Shown here: in pieces, positions 39,809 through 50,992 of the stretch | How the letters are laid out: each line of letters begins with the position of its first letter | Numbering within the stretch: position 1 is the stretch's first letter | Source: Hydrurus foetidus | Lineage: Eukaryota | NCBI GenBank assembly: GCA_900617105.1 | Contig: UYFQ01000023.1 | Coordinates: 1-64,000 of the forward strand | Length of the DNA: 64,000 bases | Reading direction: 5' to 3' | Notes under the pieces: model-generated | Told to the model about the DNA's origin: nothing | What the model saw: only the letters and a program-made list of their open reading frames with translations | Database searches by the model: none | Position numbers and translations under genes: made by a program

Positions 39809-40561
39809 ATGAATGCTCCTCATTCGATAGCTACCATCGCTTTATTGACCTGCTGTACAGCTGTATTCAGTGCTGAAACAGCCTGCAAAACCAACTCCAC
39901 AGCCGCCATCACCCCGGTGATTGAGCTGTACACCTCGGAAGGGTGCAGCTCTTGTCCACCGGCAGACAAATGGCTTTCTACGCTGAAAGACCCTGCAACC
40001 CAAGGCAAAGCTGTGGTGCAGGCATTTCACGTCGCTTACTGGGATTACATCGGTTGGATTGACCGCTTCGCCAGCCCGGCCAACACCGCCCGCCAAAAGC
40101 AAATTGCCAGTTGGAACAAGCTGAGCAGCATCTACACACCGCAGCTGGTGCGCAACGGGGCGGATTGGCGAGACTATGAGCGTGCCATCGGCAAAAATGA
40201 CACCAGCACCTCCAACACCGAACCCAGCCGCGCCAGCATCCACCTGCAACGCAACGCGGCTGAAACCTTTGAAGCCACCGTCACCCCCACCGACAAATCA
40301 GGCAACTGGTCAGCCTACTGGAGTGTGACGGAGCACGGCCACAGCTCCAAAGTCAAAGCGGGTGAAAATGCGGGTGAGCTGCTGAAGCACGATTTTGTGG
40401 TGCGCCAGTACGTACCGGTGGGGGATTACCAAGGCACGCAAACGCTCAAATTCAACACCATAGCCGGCACGCCTGAGCATGCCCGGCAGGTGAATTTGGT
40501 GGTGTTTGACGGTAAAACGGGCAAGACGCTGCAAGCGCTGAGCTTGTCTTGCCAGGGTTAA
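39809..40561 (+). CDS. Secreted thioredoxin-like protein (DUF1223-like)
   Basis: ELYTSEGCSSCPPAD, FHVAYWDYIGW, YTPQ, GENAG. Confidence 0.85.
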   Translation: MNAPHSIATIALLTCCTAVFSAETACKTNSTAAITPVIELYTSEGCSSCPPADKWLSTLKDPATQGKAVVQAFHVAYWDYIGWIDRFASPANTARQKQIASWNKLSSIYTPQLVRNGADWRDYERAIGKNDTSTSNTEPSRASIHLQRNAAETFEATVTPTDKSGNWSAYWSVTEHGHSSKVKAGENAGELLKHDFVVRQYVPVGDYQGTQTLKFNTIAGTPEHARQVNLVVFDGKTGKTLQALSLSCQG

Positions 40562-40582
40562 CGCAGGTATTTATGCAGGTCG

Positions 40583-43256
<2,674 letters not shown>

Positions 43257-43285
43257 GTTAAAAATCTGCGTCTAAACTGCCCGTC

Positions 43286-43825
43286 ATGTCCTTGTCCCAC
43301 GCTGTACTCACCTCGCTCATCGAAAAATCGTCTTCAGGCTTTGAGCTAGCGCGGCGGTTTGACAAATCCATTGGCTATTTCTGGCACGCCACGCACCAGC
43401 AGATTTACCGCGAATTGGCCCGCATGGAAGCGGCGGGCTGGATTGCCTCCGCCGCAGCGCCCGACGCCGGTAAAACCCGCAAACGCGAATACACCGTGCT
43501 GCCCGCTGGCCGCACCGAGCTGGCCCGCTGGGCCGGCCAGCCCACCCCTCCGCATGACCTGCGCGACGAATTCACCGTGCGGCTTCGTGCCGATGCCGCT
43601 TTAGGCGATGTGGATTTGCGCAATGAACTGGCGCAGCGCATCGCCGCGCACCAAGACAAACTGGCTCACTACCAGCGCATCGAACAGCGCGACTTCCCAG
43701 CGAGCCAGCCCCTGTCCCGCCACGCCCGCATCCAGCACATGATTTTGAAACGCGGGATTTTGTTCGAGCAAGCCAATATCGGGTGGTCGCAGGAGATGCT
43801 GCTGGCGTTGGCGAGTGCGGATTAA
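43286..43825 (+). CDS. PadR-family transcriptional regulator
   Basis: SGFELARRF, FWHATHQQIYREL, RKREYTV..AGRTEL. Confidence 0.92.
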   Translation: MSLSHAVLTSLIEKSSSGFELARRFDKSIGYFWHATHQQIYRELARMEAAGWIASAAAPDAGKTRKREYTVLPAGRTELARWAGQPTPPHDLRDEFTVRLRADAALGDVDLRNELAQRIAAHQDKLAHYQRIEQRDFPASQPLSRHARIQHMILKRGILFEQANIGWSQEMLLALASAD

Positions 43826-43864
43826 GCTATATATTCAATAGCAAACTTTGCTTATATAGCATGC
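43826..43864 (+). repeat. Intergenic copy of the 39-bp GCTAT-N7-ATAGC-N7-GC-N11-GC element
   Basis: GCTAT atattca ATAGC aaacttt GCTTATATAGCATGC. Confidence 0.8.
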
Positions 43865-44114
43865 TACCAAGGTAGGTTTTTCTGAAGAACCTGTTTTGAG
43901 CATTAAAAACCTTATTTGGCGTGGTTTACAGGGTTTTCAGTGGTTTTTCAGTCATTTTTTATAATTTTGTATTTACGATAAATATGCATTCTTATGAAAA
44001 ATGAAATTTGCGTATTTATTTTGTGTACAAAATTACCCGGCAACTTGCTGGACAACTTGTTTAAAACATACTTTAAAATATAAGTGTCAAAACCAATTGC
44101 CAGGAGTTGCCGCT

Positions 44115-44363
44115 ATGTCGCAAATCACTTTGTATCTGGACGATGCCACGCAGGCATTGGTGGAGCATGCCGCGCAGGCCCACGGCCTGTCTAAAAGCCG
44201 CTGGGTGGCGGACATCATTCGGAAATACGCTGCGCATGAGTGGACGCAAGATTGCTTGGCCTTGGCTGGGCGGTTTGCTGACTTTCCACTGCGTGAAGAC
44301 AATCCTTTCAGCACCGCGCCCCCTGGTTTTCAGCCCGTGGATGCCGTGCGTGTTGGGTTTTAA
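44115..44363 (+). CDS. RHH/CopG-type antitoxin
   Basis: CAGGAG RBS; QITLYLDD...GLSKSRWVADII; lies upstream of a PIN gene. Confidence 0.85.
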   Translation: MSQITLYLDDATQALVEHAAQAHGLSKSRWVADIIRKYAAHEWTQDCLALAGRFADFPLREDNPFSTAPPGFQPVDAVRVGF

Positions 44364-44372
44364 AAACGCACC

Positions 44373-44783
44373 ATGCTGATTCTCGATAGCAACACCATCA
44401 GCTACTACTTCCGAGGCGATCCGCAGGTGGTGCCGCGCTTGCAAGCGCTGCGTCCTGCTGACCTTGGCGTACCAGCCATTGTGGAATACGAGCTGCGGTA
44501 TGGCTTGCTGCGCCTGCCCGCCATCGCCGCAGCCCCCCGGTTGGCTGCGTTGACGCAGCTTCTGCTGCCCATGCAGCTTTTACAGTTTGACAGTGAGTGC
44601 GCAGCACATGCCGCCCGTATCCGTATCGAACTGGAGACTGTGGGCACACCGATTGGCCCACACGACACGTTGATCGCCGCCACGGCACTGCGCTATCAGG
44701 CGACGCTGGTCACACGCAATGTGCGGGAGTTTTCCCGCGTACCTGGCTTGCAGTGGTTGAATTGGCACGAGTTGCCAAGTTAA
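44373..44783 (+). CDS. vapC: PIN-domain toxin (VapC family)
   Basis: ILDSNTI, VEYELRYG, IGPHDTLIAATA, LVTRNVREF. Confidence 0.93.
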   Translation: MLILDSNTISYYFRGDPQVVPRLQALRPADLGVPAIVEYELRYGLLRLPAIAAAPRLAALTQLLLPMQLLQFDSECAAHAARIRIELETVGTPIGPHDTLIAATALRYQATLVTRNVREFSRVPGLQWLNWHELPS

Positions 44784-44862
44784 CTGTCATCAGAGACTGA
44801 TTTTGAGCAAGGGAAGCTGCTTTACACTGCAACAAAAAAGTTTAAGGGGGAATGTAGGAATC

Positions 44863-45795
44863 ATGGGATCAAGACAGACACTTTACGAAGTTCTTCAAAT
44901 TGCACCGGGTGCGGGCAAAGCAGAGATTCAGTCGGCCTATCGGCATCAAGCCAATGCACTCGAAGAAAAGCGCGGCAGCATGAACTCAGATGAGTTCACA
45001 AACTGCATGCAAATGTTACGACTGGCTTTGAGCACCTTGACCGATCCGGTATCTCGACTTGGTTATGACGCCAAACTGACAGCCAACTCTGCGCCCTACA
45101 AGAGTTCAGGCGATTTACTGACACTTGTTCCACTCGAAAAGGCTGCGGTAGAGGCTGCGAACGAAACGCGTGCGGATGCGTTGTCCATGCGCGCAGATGC
45201 CCTTTCACTGCGTGCTGATGCCCTGCTGTTAAGGGGCACGCACGATGCGGCACCAACCCGATCAGACCGCCTGCTGAAAACCGCAGCGAAAGGTACGTTG
45301 AATGGGCTGGAGTACTTTATTCGGGTCATCGTTTTTCTAGTGCTCATGGGAATTACTGTGTTTCTCCTTGGAAAATGCACGACGGGCGGATCGTCTGCCT
45401 CTCGCGCTAAAGAAATCACCAGTGCGCAAGAAAAAACGGTTTTGCAGGAATACTTTCAAACCTATGGCGTGCGCCCAGCCAACATGGCGGAGCTTGAGTT
45501 ATTGGAGGCTGAACGTCGTCGCTCAGAAAATGGAGCGCGATCCAAAGTGCAGGATATTGACAAAGCTGAGCGTGAGGCTCAAAGGTTTGAGCAAGAATCA
45601 CGCAAACGGGCTGACGAGGTCAGTCGAGCGCTGCATAGGGCAGAAGAAAAGGCCGAATTTGATCAAAGACGCGATGCACAGGAGTTGCAGGCGAAAGAGG
45701 ATCGAGAGCGAAACCGGGCAGAGCGGGAACGCAACGCTGAAGCAAACCGGATAGAGCGGGAGCGGCAAGGTTGGCGAGACATCATGCGTCGATGA
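44863..45795 (+). CDS. Membrane protein with N-terminal J-like domain (no HPD), one TM and a charged coiled-coil
   Basis: TLYEVLQI..A..AEIQSAYR...ALSTLTDPVSRLGYD; TM FIRVIVFLVLMGITVFLLG; E/R/K-rich tail. Confidence 0.75.
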   Translation: MGSRQTLYEVLQIAPGAGKAEIQSAYRHQANALEEKRGSMNSDEFTNCMQMLRLALSTLTDPVSRLGYDAKLTANSAPYKSSGDLLTLVPLEKAAVEAANETRADALSMRADALSLRADALLLRGTHDAAPTRSDRLLKTAAKGTLNGLEYFIRVIVFLVLMGITVFLLGKCTTGGSSASRAKEITSAQEKTVLQEYFQTYGVRPANMAELELLEAERRRSENGARSKVQDIDKAEREAQRFEQESRKRADEVSRALHRAEEKAEFDQRRDAQELQAKEDRERNRAERERNAEANRIERERQGWRDIMRR

Positions 45796-46166
45796 ACGTG
45801 CTGCGCATGTGCCATCCATCTCAAACACTGCGCTGTTGGCTGCTGGCTTGTTTCATCATTCTGGCTGCAGCATGCTCACGTTCGCCGCAGCCAGTTGCAG
45901 AGAACTTCGTCGGCCAATGGCAATCATCTCGCATGGCCTCACGACCGGTTCATTTGCATGCCAATGGTGAATGGGAAATTAAATCTGAGGATGGGCATGT
46001 CATGCAATATGGTGTCTGGAAGATTCAAGGCAAACGCATGATCTGGACAGTCCGGATCAATGGCCGCATTGACCACGATGAAAACACCATCGTGTCATTT
46101 CGTAAAAATGAATTTGAGCTCACAGAACAGGATGGATCTGTTACCAAGTTCCAACGCATTGACTAA
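45792..46166 (+). CDS. Small lipoprotein, lipocalin-like beta-barrel
   Basis: ATGA overlap with the upstream stop; lipobox LAAAC; FVGQW, GVWKI, alternating beta pattern. Confidence 0.7.
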   Translation: MNVLRMCHPSQTLRCWLLACFIILAAACSRSPQPVAENFVGQWQSSRMASRPVHLHANGEWEIKSEDGHVMQYGVWKIQGKRMIWTVRINGRIDHDENTIVSFRKNEFELTEQDGSVTKFQRID

Positions 46167-46177
46167 GCAGGCATGCT

Positions 46178-47134
46178 GTGAACCACTATGACATGCTTGA
46201 AGTCAGCCCCAAGGCAAGTCCTGAGGTGATTCGTGCGGCTTACAAGAGTTTGATGCAACGCTTTCATCCTGACCGCAACCCTGGGGATCGGTTTGCGGCT
46301 GAGCGCACTTCACATATTGCTATTGCCTATGGTGTCCTGTCTGATGCGGCGCGACGTGCCGACTACGATGCCAGCTTAAGTCGTATTCATGAGAAGGTTT
46401 CAGTTCCGCATCAGGACTTGCGCAGCAAGCCTGAAACCTTCAGTACTGGCCCTTCGATAAAGCGCACTTTGCCCCCTGCAAGACACATGGCTGGCGACAA
46501 CCGATCAGCGCGCTGGAAAGGTCTTTTCATGGTGCTAGCTGCTTGCCTAGCCGCAGGGATTTGGCTGGCATCTTCACACACGAAAACGGTGGAACCCGTA
46601 TCAGAATTGGCCATGATTCGCCGGTCAATCACATCTGAGGCAACACCTGAATCTGAAAAATCTGACCTGTACGCCCGAAAACAGGAGATTCTCTCGTTTC
46701 ATCCGGGACTACAGCTCGCTGAATCAGCGGCACGCTCGGAAGACATGGCATGGCGCACCGTATCCCTTTTGCGCACCCCTTTGGTGGTAGAAATCAACGG
46801 TCACAACAACCCAGGTAAGCCGGTTGCCAAACTGACCATTCCCAGAATCAGTCTTCTGGTGGGTACGTTTGATGCGACCAACTTGGTGGCGCATATGGAA
46901 AAACACAGGCAACGTATCGTTGACGATTTATCGGCTGTCTTAGCCAACACGGCCCTCCATCGGCTTACTGAGCAAGGTACAGATAAACGCCTTGAAAACA
47001 TGATTCGCAAATCCGTTTCACAAAGTCTGGAATACCCAGAATTCAAAGCCTACCCGACAACCTACTTTGAATCCCCGGGACGCTATGGTGTGGTGGAGGT
47101 TCTGTTGCCTGACAATTTCAGCCTACAGCCCTGA
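46178..47134 (+). CDS. J-domain (HPD) membrane protein with FliL-like C-terminal domain
   Basis: NHYDMLEV...IRAAYKSLMQRFHPDRN...AYGVLSDAARRADYD; one TM; C-terminus HRQRIVDDL...GVVEVLLPDNFSLQ. Confidence 0.8.
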   Translation: MNHYDMLEVSPKASPEVIRAAYKSLMQRFHPDRNPGDRFAAERTSHIAIAYGVLSDAARRADYDASLSRIHEKVSVPHQDLRSKPETFSTGPSIKRTLPPARHMAGDNRSARWKGLFMVLAACLAAGIWLASSHTKTVEPVSELAMIRRSITSEATPESEKSDLYARKQEILSFHPGLQLAESAARSEDMAWRTVSLLRTPLVVEINGHNNPGKPVAKLTIPRISLLVGTFDATNLVAHMEKHRQRIVDDLSAVLANTALHRLTEQGTDKRLENMIRKSVSQSLEYPEFKAYPTTYFESPGRYGVVEVLLPDNFSLQP

Positions 47135-47145
47135 CCCCTCAAACA

Positions 47146-47940
47146 CTAAAACTGCGGCACCTTGCTCGCCTTCGTCTCCACCGGGTTCGCCGCCAGCCAA
47201 TTCGCCGGGTAGGCCCGCATGAATTCGCGGGCTTTTTCATAGCGCACGCTCAGCCATGCGTCGTAAGCGCCTTCGTTCAACACGGCCACCATGCGCTTTT
47301 CGCTGCCGGGTTGCTGGTAGCGGTGCATCAGGGCGTGGCTGTTGGCGTTCACGGTCAGAAGAGTGAAGCTGGTGATGGTTTCGCCGGTGGCACCCGTCCA
47401 GCTTTCCCACAAACCCGCCACGCCCATCGGTTTGCCGTCGATGCGGGAAATGCGTGTAGGCACGGCTTTGCCGCTGCGCCAGTCGTCCTCGTAGAACGCC
47501 ATCATCGGCACGATGCAGCGCCGCCCACCGAGCCACGCATCGCGAAAATTGTTGGATGTAGAAACGATTTCTGAGCGGGCGTTCACCAGTTTGGTCGAGC
47601 GCAGCTTGGCGTCGGAGGCAGACTTCACCCACGGAGGCACGAACCCCCATTGACCGGTGACCAGCTCGCGTTGAACGGCTGGAGCTGCGGATGGCACCGC
47701 AGGTGCGTTGTCATTTTCAGCAGGTGCTTCGTTGTTTTCCGCAGGTGCTTCATCGGTTTGAGGCGGTGAATCAAGCACGACAGCGACAGGCTCAGCGGCT
47801 GCTTCAACGGCTAATTTACGGATAAACACGCCGGGTTTGCGCGGCCACATGTCGCGTGCCTCGTCCGCGCTGAGCGGCTCGACGTTGAAGGCATCGGCAT
47901 AGAGGGCGGTGTTTTGCAGGGTTTCGTAATGGGTACTCAT
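47146..47940 (-). CDS. SRAP (SOS response-associated peptidase/YedK) family protein, atypical active site
   Basis: WGFVP, NARSE, RRCIVP..FYE, AGLWE, SFTLLT, KRM. Confidence 0.85.
   Translation of the reverse strand: MSTHYETLQNTALYADAFNVEPLSADEARDMWPRKPGVFIRKLAVEAAAEPVAVVLDSPPQTDEAPAENNEAPAENDNAPAVPSAAPAVQRELVTGQWGFVPPWVKSASDAKLRSTKLVNARSEIVSTSNNFRDAWLGGRRCIVPMMAFYEDDWRSGKAVPTRISRIDGKPMGVAGLWESWTGATGETITSFTLLTVNANSHALMHRYQQPGSEKRMVAVLNEGAYDAWLSVRYEKAREFMRAYPANWLAANPVETKASKVPQF
47699..47761. repeat. Three 21-bp in-frame tandem units inside the SRAP gene
   Basis: GCAGGTGC at 47699, 47720 and 47741; encodes QTDEAPA-ENNEAPA-ENDNAPA. Confidence 0.85.
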
Positions 47941-47986
47941 GCGGCGATGCTAACCGCACCTGTGAAGCCATCAATTTAAGTTATAG

Positions 47987-48005
47987 AATGCGAATTAATC
48001 TCATT
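47987..48005. promoter_or_regulatory. Fur box upstream of the iron-binding protein gene
   Basis: AATGCGAATTAATCTCATT, a 19-bp near-palindrome resembling AATGAGAATnATTCTCATT. Confidence 0.75.
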
Positions 48006-48032
48006 TGCATTATTTAACTGGAGAGAACCCGT

Positions 48033-49091
48033 ATGAAGAAAACCCAAGCCCGTGCCCTCGCCCTGAACGCCGTCGCCGCCCTGTTGGCCGCGTCTGCCCT
48101 GCCCGCCACTGCGCAAGAGCAGGTGCTCAACATCTATTCGGCACGCCATTACCCAGGAGACACGCAGCTCTACGGTGCATTCACCCAAGCCACAGGGATC
48201 AAAATCAACCGGGTAGACGCTGACGACGCAGGCATTTTGCAGCGCTTGAAGGCCGAGGGCAGTGCCTCCCCGGCGGACGTGATTTTGCTGGTGGACGCTT
48301 CCCGGCTGTGGCGTGCCGAGGTGGATGGCTTGTTTGCACCGGTCAAATCCAAAGTACTGAACGCCGCCATTCCTGAGCAGTTGCGCGGCAAGAGCGATGC
48401 CGATGGCACGCCGTGGTTTGGCTTCAGCACCCGCGCCCGCGTGGTGGTGTATGACAAAGCCCGCGTCAAACGAGAGGATGTGGACACCTATGAAGAACTG
48501 GGAGAAGCTAAAAACAAAGGCTTGGTGTGTACCCGCTCAGGCTCGCACCCCTATAACCTGAGCTTGTTTGGCGCGGTCACAGAACACATCGGTGCGCCTG
48601 CGGCTGAAAGCTGGCTCAAAGGCATGGTCAGCAACATGGCACGCACGCCCAAGGGTGGCGACACCGACCAAATCAAGGCCGTGGCCGCCGGGGAATGCGG
48701 CATTGCACTGACCAACACCTACTACCTCGCCCGCCTGATGCGCAGCGAAAAGCCCGAAGACAAGGCGGTCATGTCCAAAATTGACGTGGTGTTCCCCAAC
48801 CAAGCGACTTGGGGCACCCACATGAACATCGCCGGTGGTGCGATGGCCAAACACGCCAAAAATCCTGCCAACGCGGTGAAGTTTTTGGAATACTTGGCCA
48901 GCAAAGAGGCGCAAGATTACTTTGCCAATGGCAACAACGAATGGCCTGCGGTCAAAGGCGTTGTGCTCAACAACCCGGCGCTGCAAAGCATGTCGGGCGG
49001 CAGCTTTAAATCAGAAACCATCCCGATCAGCGTGGTGGGCATGAACCAGGTCAAAGTGCAGCAAATGCTTGACCGCGTGGGCTACAAGTAA
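48033..49091 (+). CDS. Fe3+ ABC transporter substrate-binding protein (FutA/FbpA-like)
   Basis: Signal peptide; YSARHY, SPADV, RSGSHPYN, NTYY, NNEWP. Confidence 0.92.
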   Translation: MKKTQARALALNAVAALLAASALPATAQEQVLNIYSARHYPGDTQLYGAFTQATGIKINRVDADDAGILQRLKAEGSASPADVILLVDASRLWRAEVDGLFAPVKSKVLNAAIPEQLRGKSDADGTPWFGFSTRARVVVYDKARVKREDVDTYEELGEAKNKGLVCTRSGSHPYNLSLFGAVTEHIGAPAAESWLKGMVSNMARTPKGGDTDQIKAVAAGECGIALTNTYYLARLMRSEKPEDKAVMSKIDVVFPNQATWGTHMNIAGGAMAKHAKNPANAVKFLEYLASKEAQDYFANGNNEWPAVKGVVLNNPALQSMSGGSFKSETIPISVVGMNQVKVQQMLDRVGYK

Positions 49092-49125
49092 GCGATGAGG
49101 CCTGTGCGCACGCTGCACTTTATTT

Positions 49126-49164
49126 GCTATAAATATGATAGCTGCAACCGAATATATACAGGTC
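49126..49164 (+). repeat. Intergenic copy of the 39-bp element
   Basis: GCTAT aaatatg ATAGC tgcaacc GAATATATACAGGTC (second block degenerate). Confidence 0.75.
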
Positions 49165-49239
49165 TTAAAAGCCCGATTTGAGGGTTAAAAACAGGCTTTT
49201 CAGCACATTTTTGATCTGCTTTTGGCTTGTTGTACCCGT

Positions 49240-50910
49240 TCATGCCGCCGTTTTCGCGTTCAACGCCCGGCTGAGCAAGATCACCGGTATCAAGCCTACC
49301 GCCACCAGCGCCAGTGACGGCAGGGCCGCTTCGCCCAAGCGCTCGTCTTTGGCCAACTGGTAGGCCACCACGGCCAGGGTGTCGTGGTTGAAAGGGCGCA
49401 GCACCAAGGTGGCAGGCAGCTCTTTCATCACATCGACAAACACCAGCAATGCGGCCACGACCGTAGAGCGGTGCAACAAAGGCCGATGAACCCGCCACAG
49501 CAAACCAAAGCCCGTGACCCCCAGCGTGCGGGCTGCATCGTCCATGCTGACAGGCACGCGGGCATAGCCACTTTGCACGGTGTGCAGTGCCACCGAACTG
49601 AAACGCACCAAATAAGCCCACACCACGCCCATCACCGTGGTCGTCATCAAGCTACCGATGCCCCACTCGGGCTTGGTGGCTTGCAACCAAGCCAAGGGCA
49701 TCAGCAAGCCCACCACGATCACAGCCCCTGGCACCGCGTAACCCATACCGGCCACCTGCACCACCCCCAAGGTCAACAGAGACGGCGCACGGCGCACCCC
49801 AAAAGCCATGCCCAGGGCCGCGACGGTAGCCAGCACGGCGGTGATGGCGGCCAGCTTGAAGCTGTTGATGCTCCACGCCAAAAAGTCCCCCCAGGGCAGC
49901 GGTGTCTCGGCACTGCCCCAGGCGTCAAGCAGGGGGCGCAACATGCACAGCACCGGCAACACAAACCCCAGCAGCACCGGCACTGCACACAGCCACTGCG
50001 CCAAGAATGCTGACCGGCCATGCAGCAACACGGGCCGCGCCTCGGCACTGCCGGCCCGCTGGCCTTTGGCAGCGCTGAAGCGCAGGCGGCGGCGCGAGTG
50101 GCGTTCCAGCTTCAGCAACACCGCCACCAACAGCAGCAGCAGCGTCGCCAACTGGGCGGCGGCAAGGGGGCTTTCCAGTACCAGCCATGCTTTGTAAATA
50201 CCAGCGGTGAAGGTTTGAATCCCAAAGTAGCTGGAAACACCGTAGTCCGCCAGCGTTTCCATCAGCGCCAACGCCATGCCCGCCACGATGGCGGGGCGGG
50301 CCAGTGGCAAGGCGATGGCGACGATGCGCCGCCGCAGCGGTGCCCCCAGCAGCCGTGCGGCCTCCATCAAATGAGCGGCGCGCTCCGTCAGTGCCGCCCT
50401 TGCCAGCAAATACACATAGGGGTACAGCGTGAAAATGAACACCAAAGCCGCCCCCCCCACGCTGCGCACTTCAGGCAAGACCCGGCCTTGCACGCCTAAG
50501 GCGCTGCGGATCAGCGTTTGTGCTGGGCCACTGAACTGCAAAAAATCGGTGTAAGCATAGGCCACCACATAGGCAGGCATCGCGAGTGGCAACAGCAACG
50601 CCCACTCAAAAACTTGCCGTCCTTTGAAATCAAACAGCGTCACCGCGCACGCCGTGCTGGCACCAATAGCGGTCACACCCAAAGCCACCGCCACACACAG
50701 CAACACAGTCGTACCTGCGTACTGCGGCAGCACCGTGCTGGCAAGTTCGTTCAAAAGTTGTCCGCTCGCCGCATCCCATTGCAGTACGGCGACCAGCAGA
50801 CACAGCACTGGCAAAGCGATCATCAACGCAACCCCCAGCAGGGGCAACGCAGTGAGTTGAAGGCGTGCCGCCGTGAAGCGATACCGAGGGAATGTGAACA
50901 AAGGGGGCAT
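49240..50910 (-). CDS. Fe3+ ABC transporter permease (FbpB/FutB-like)
   Basis: LPLAMPAYVVAYAY, MEAARLLG, MDDAARTLG, MKELPAT; start moved to ATG 50910 to avoid overlap with the divergent gene. Confidence 0.9.
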   Translation of the reverse strand: MPPLFTFPRYRFTAARLQLTALPLLGVALMIALPVLCLLVAVLQWDAASGQLLNELASTVLPQYAGTTVLLCVAVALGVTAIGASTACAVTLFDFKGRQVFEWALLLPLAMPAYVVAYAYTDFLQFSGPAQTLIRSALGVQGRVLPEVRSVGGAALVFIFTLYPYVYLLARAALTERAAHLMEAARLLGAPLRRRIVAIALPLARPAIVAGMALALMETLADYGVSSYFGIQTFTAGIYKAWLVLESPLAAAQLATLLLLLVAVLLKLERHSRRRLRFSAAKGQRAGSAEARPVLLHGRSAFLAQWLCAVPVLLGFVLPVLCMLRPLLDAWGSAETPLPWGDFLAWSINSFKLAAITAVLATVAALGMAFGVRRAPSLLTLGVVQVAGMGYAVPGAVIVVGLLMPLAWLQATKPEWGIGSLMTTTVMGVVWAYLVRFSSVALHTVQSGYARVPVSMDDAARTLGVTGFGLLWRVHRPLLHRSTVVAALLVFVDVMKELPATLVLRPFNHDTLAVVAYQLAKDERLGEAALPSLALVAVGLIPVILLSRALNAKTAA

Positions 50911-50920
50911 GCCTGTATAT

Positions 50921-50970
50921 GAATGCGCAATAGGAATGCGGAATGAGAATGTAGAACGTGAATGAGAATT
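50921..50970. promoter_or_regulatory. GAATG(A/C)G hexamer array in the divergent permease/ATPase promoter; possible Fur-binding region
   Basis: GAATGCG..GAATGCGGAATGAGAATG..GAATGAGAAT within an 82-bp intergenic region. Confidence 0.45.
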
Positions 50971-50992
50971 GTAAGCATCTACAATTTCAGGC

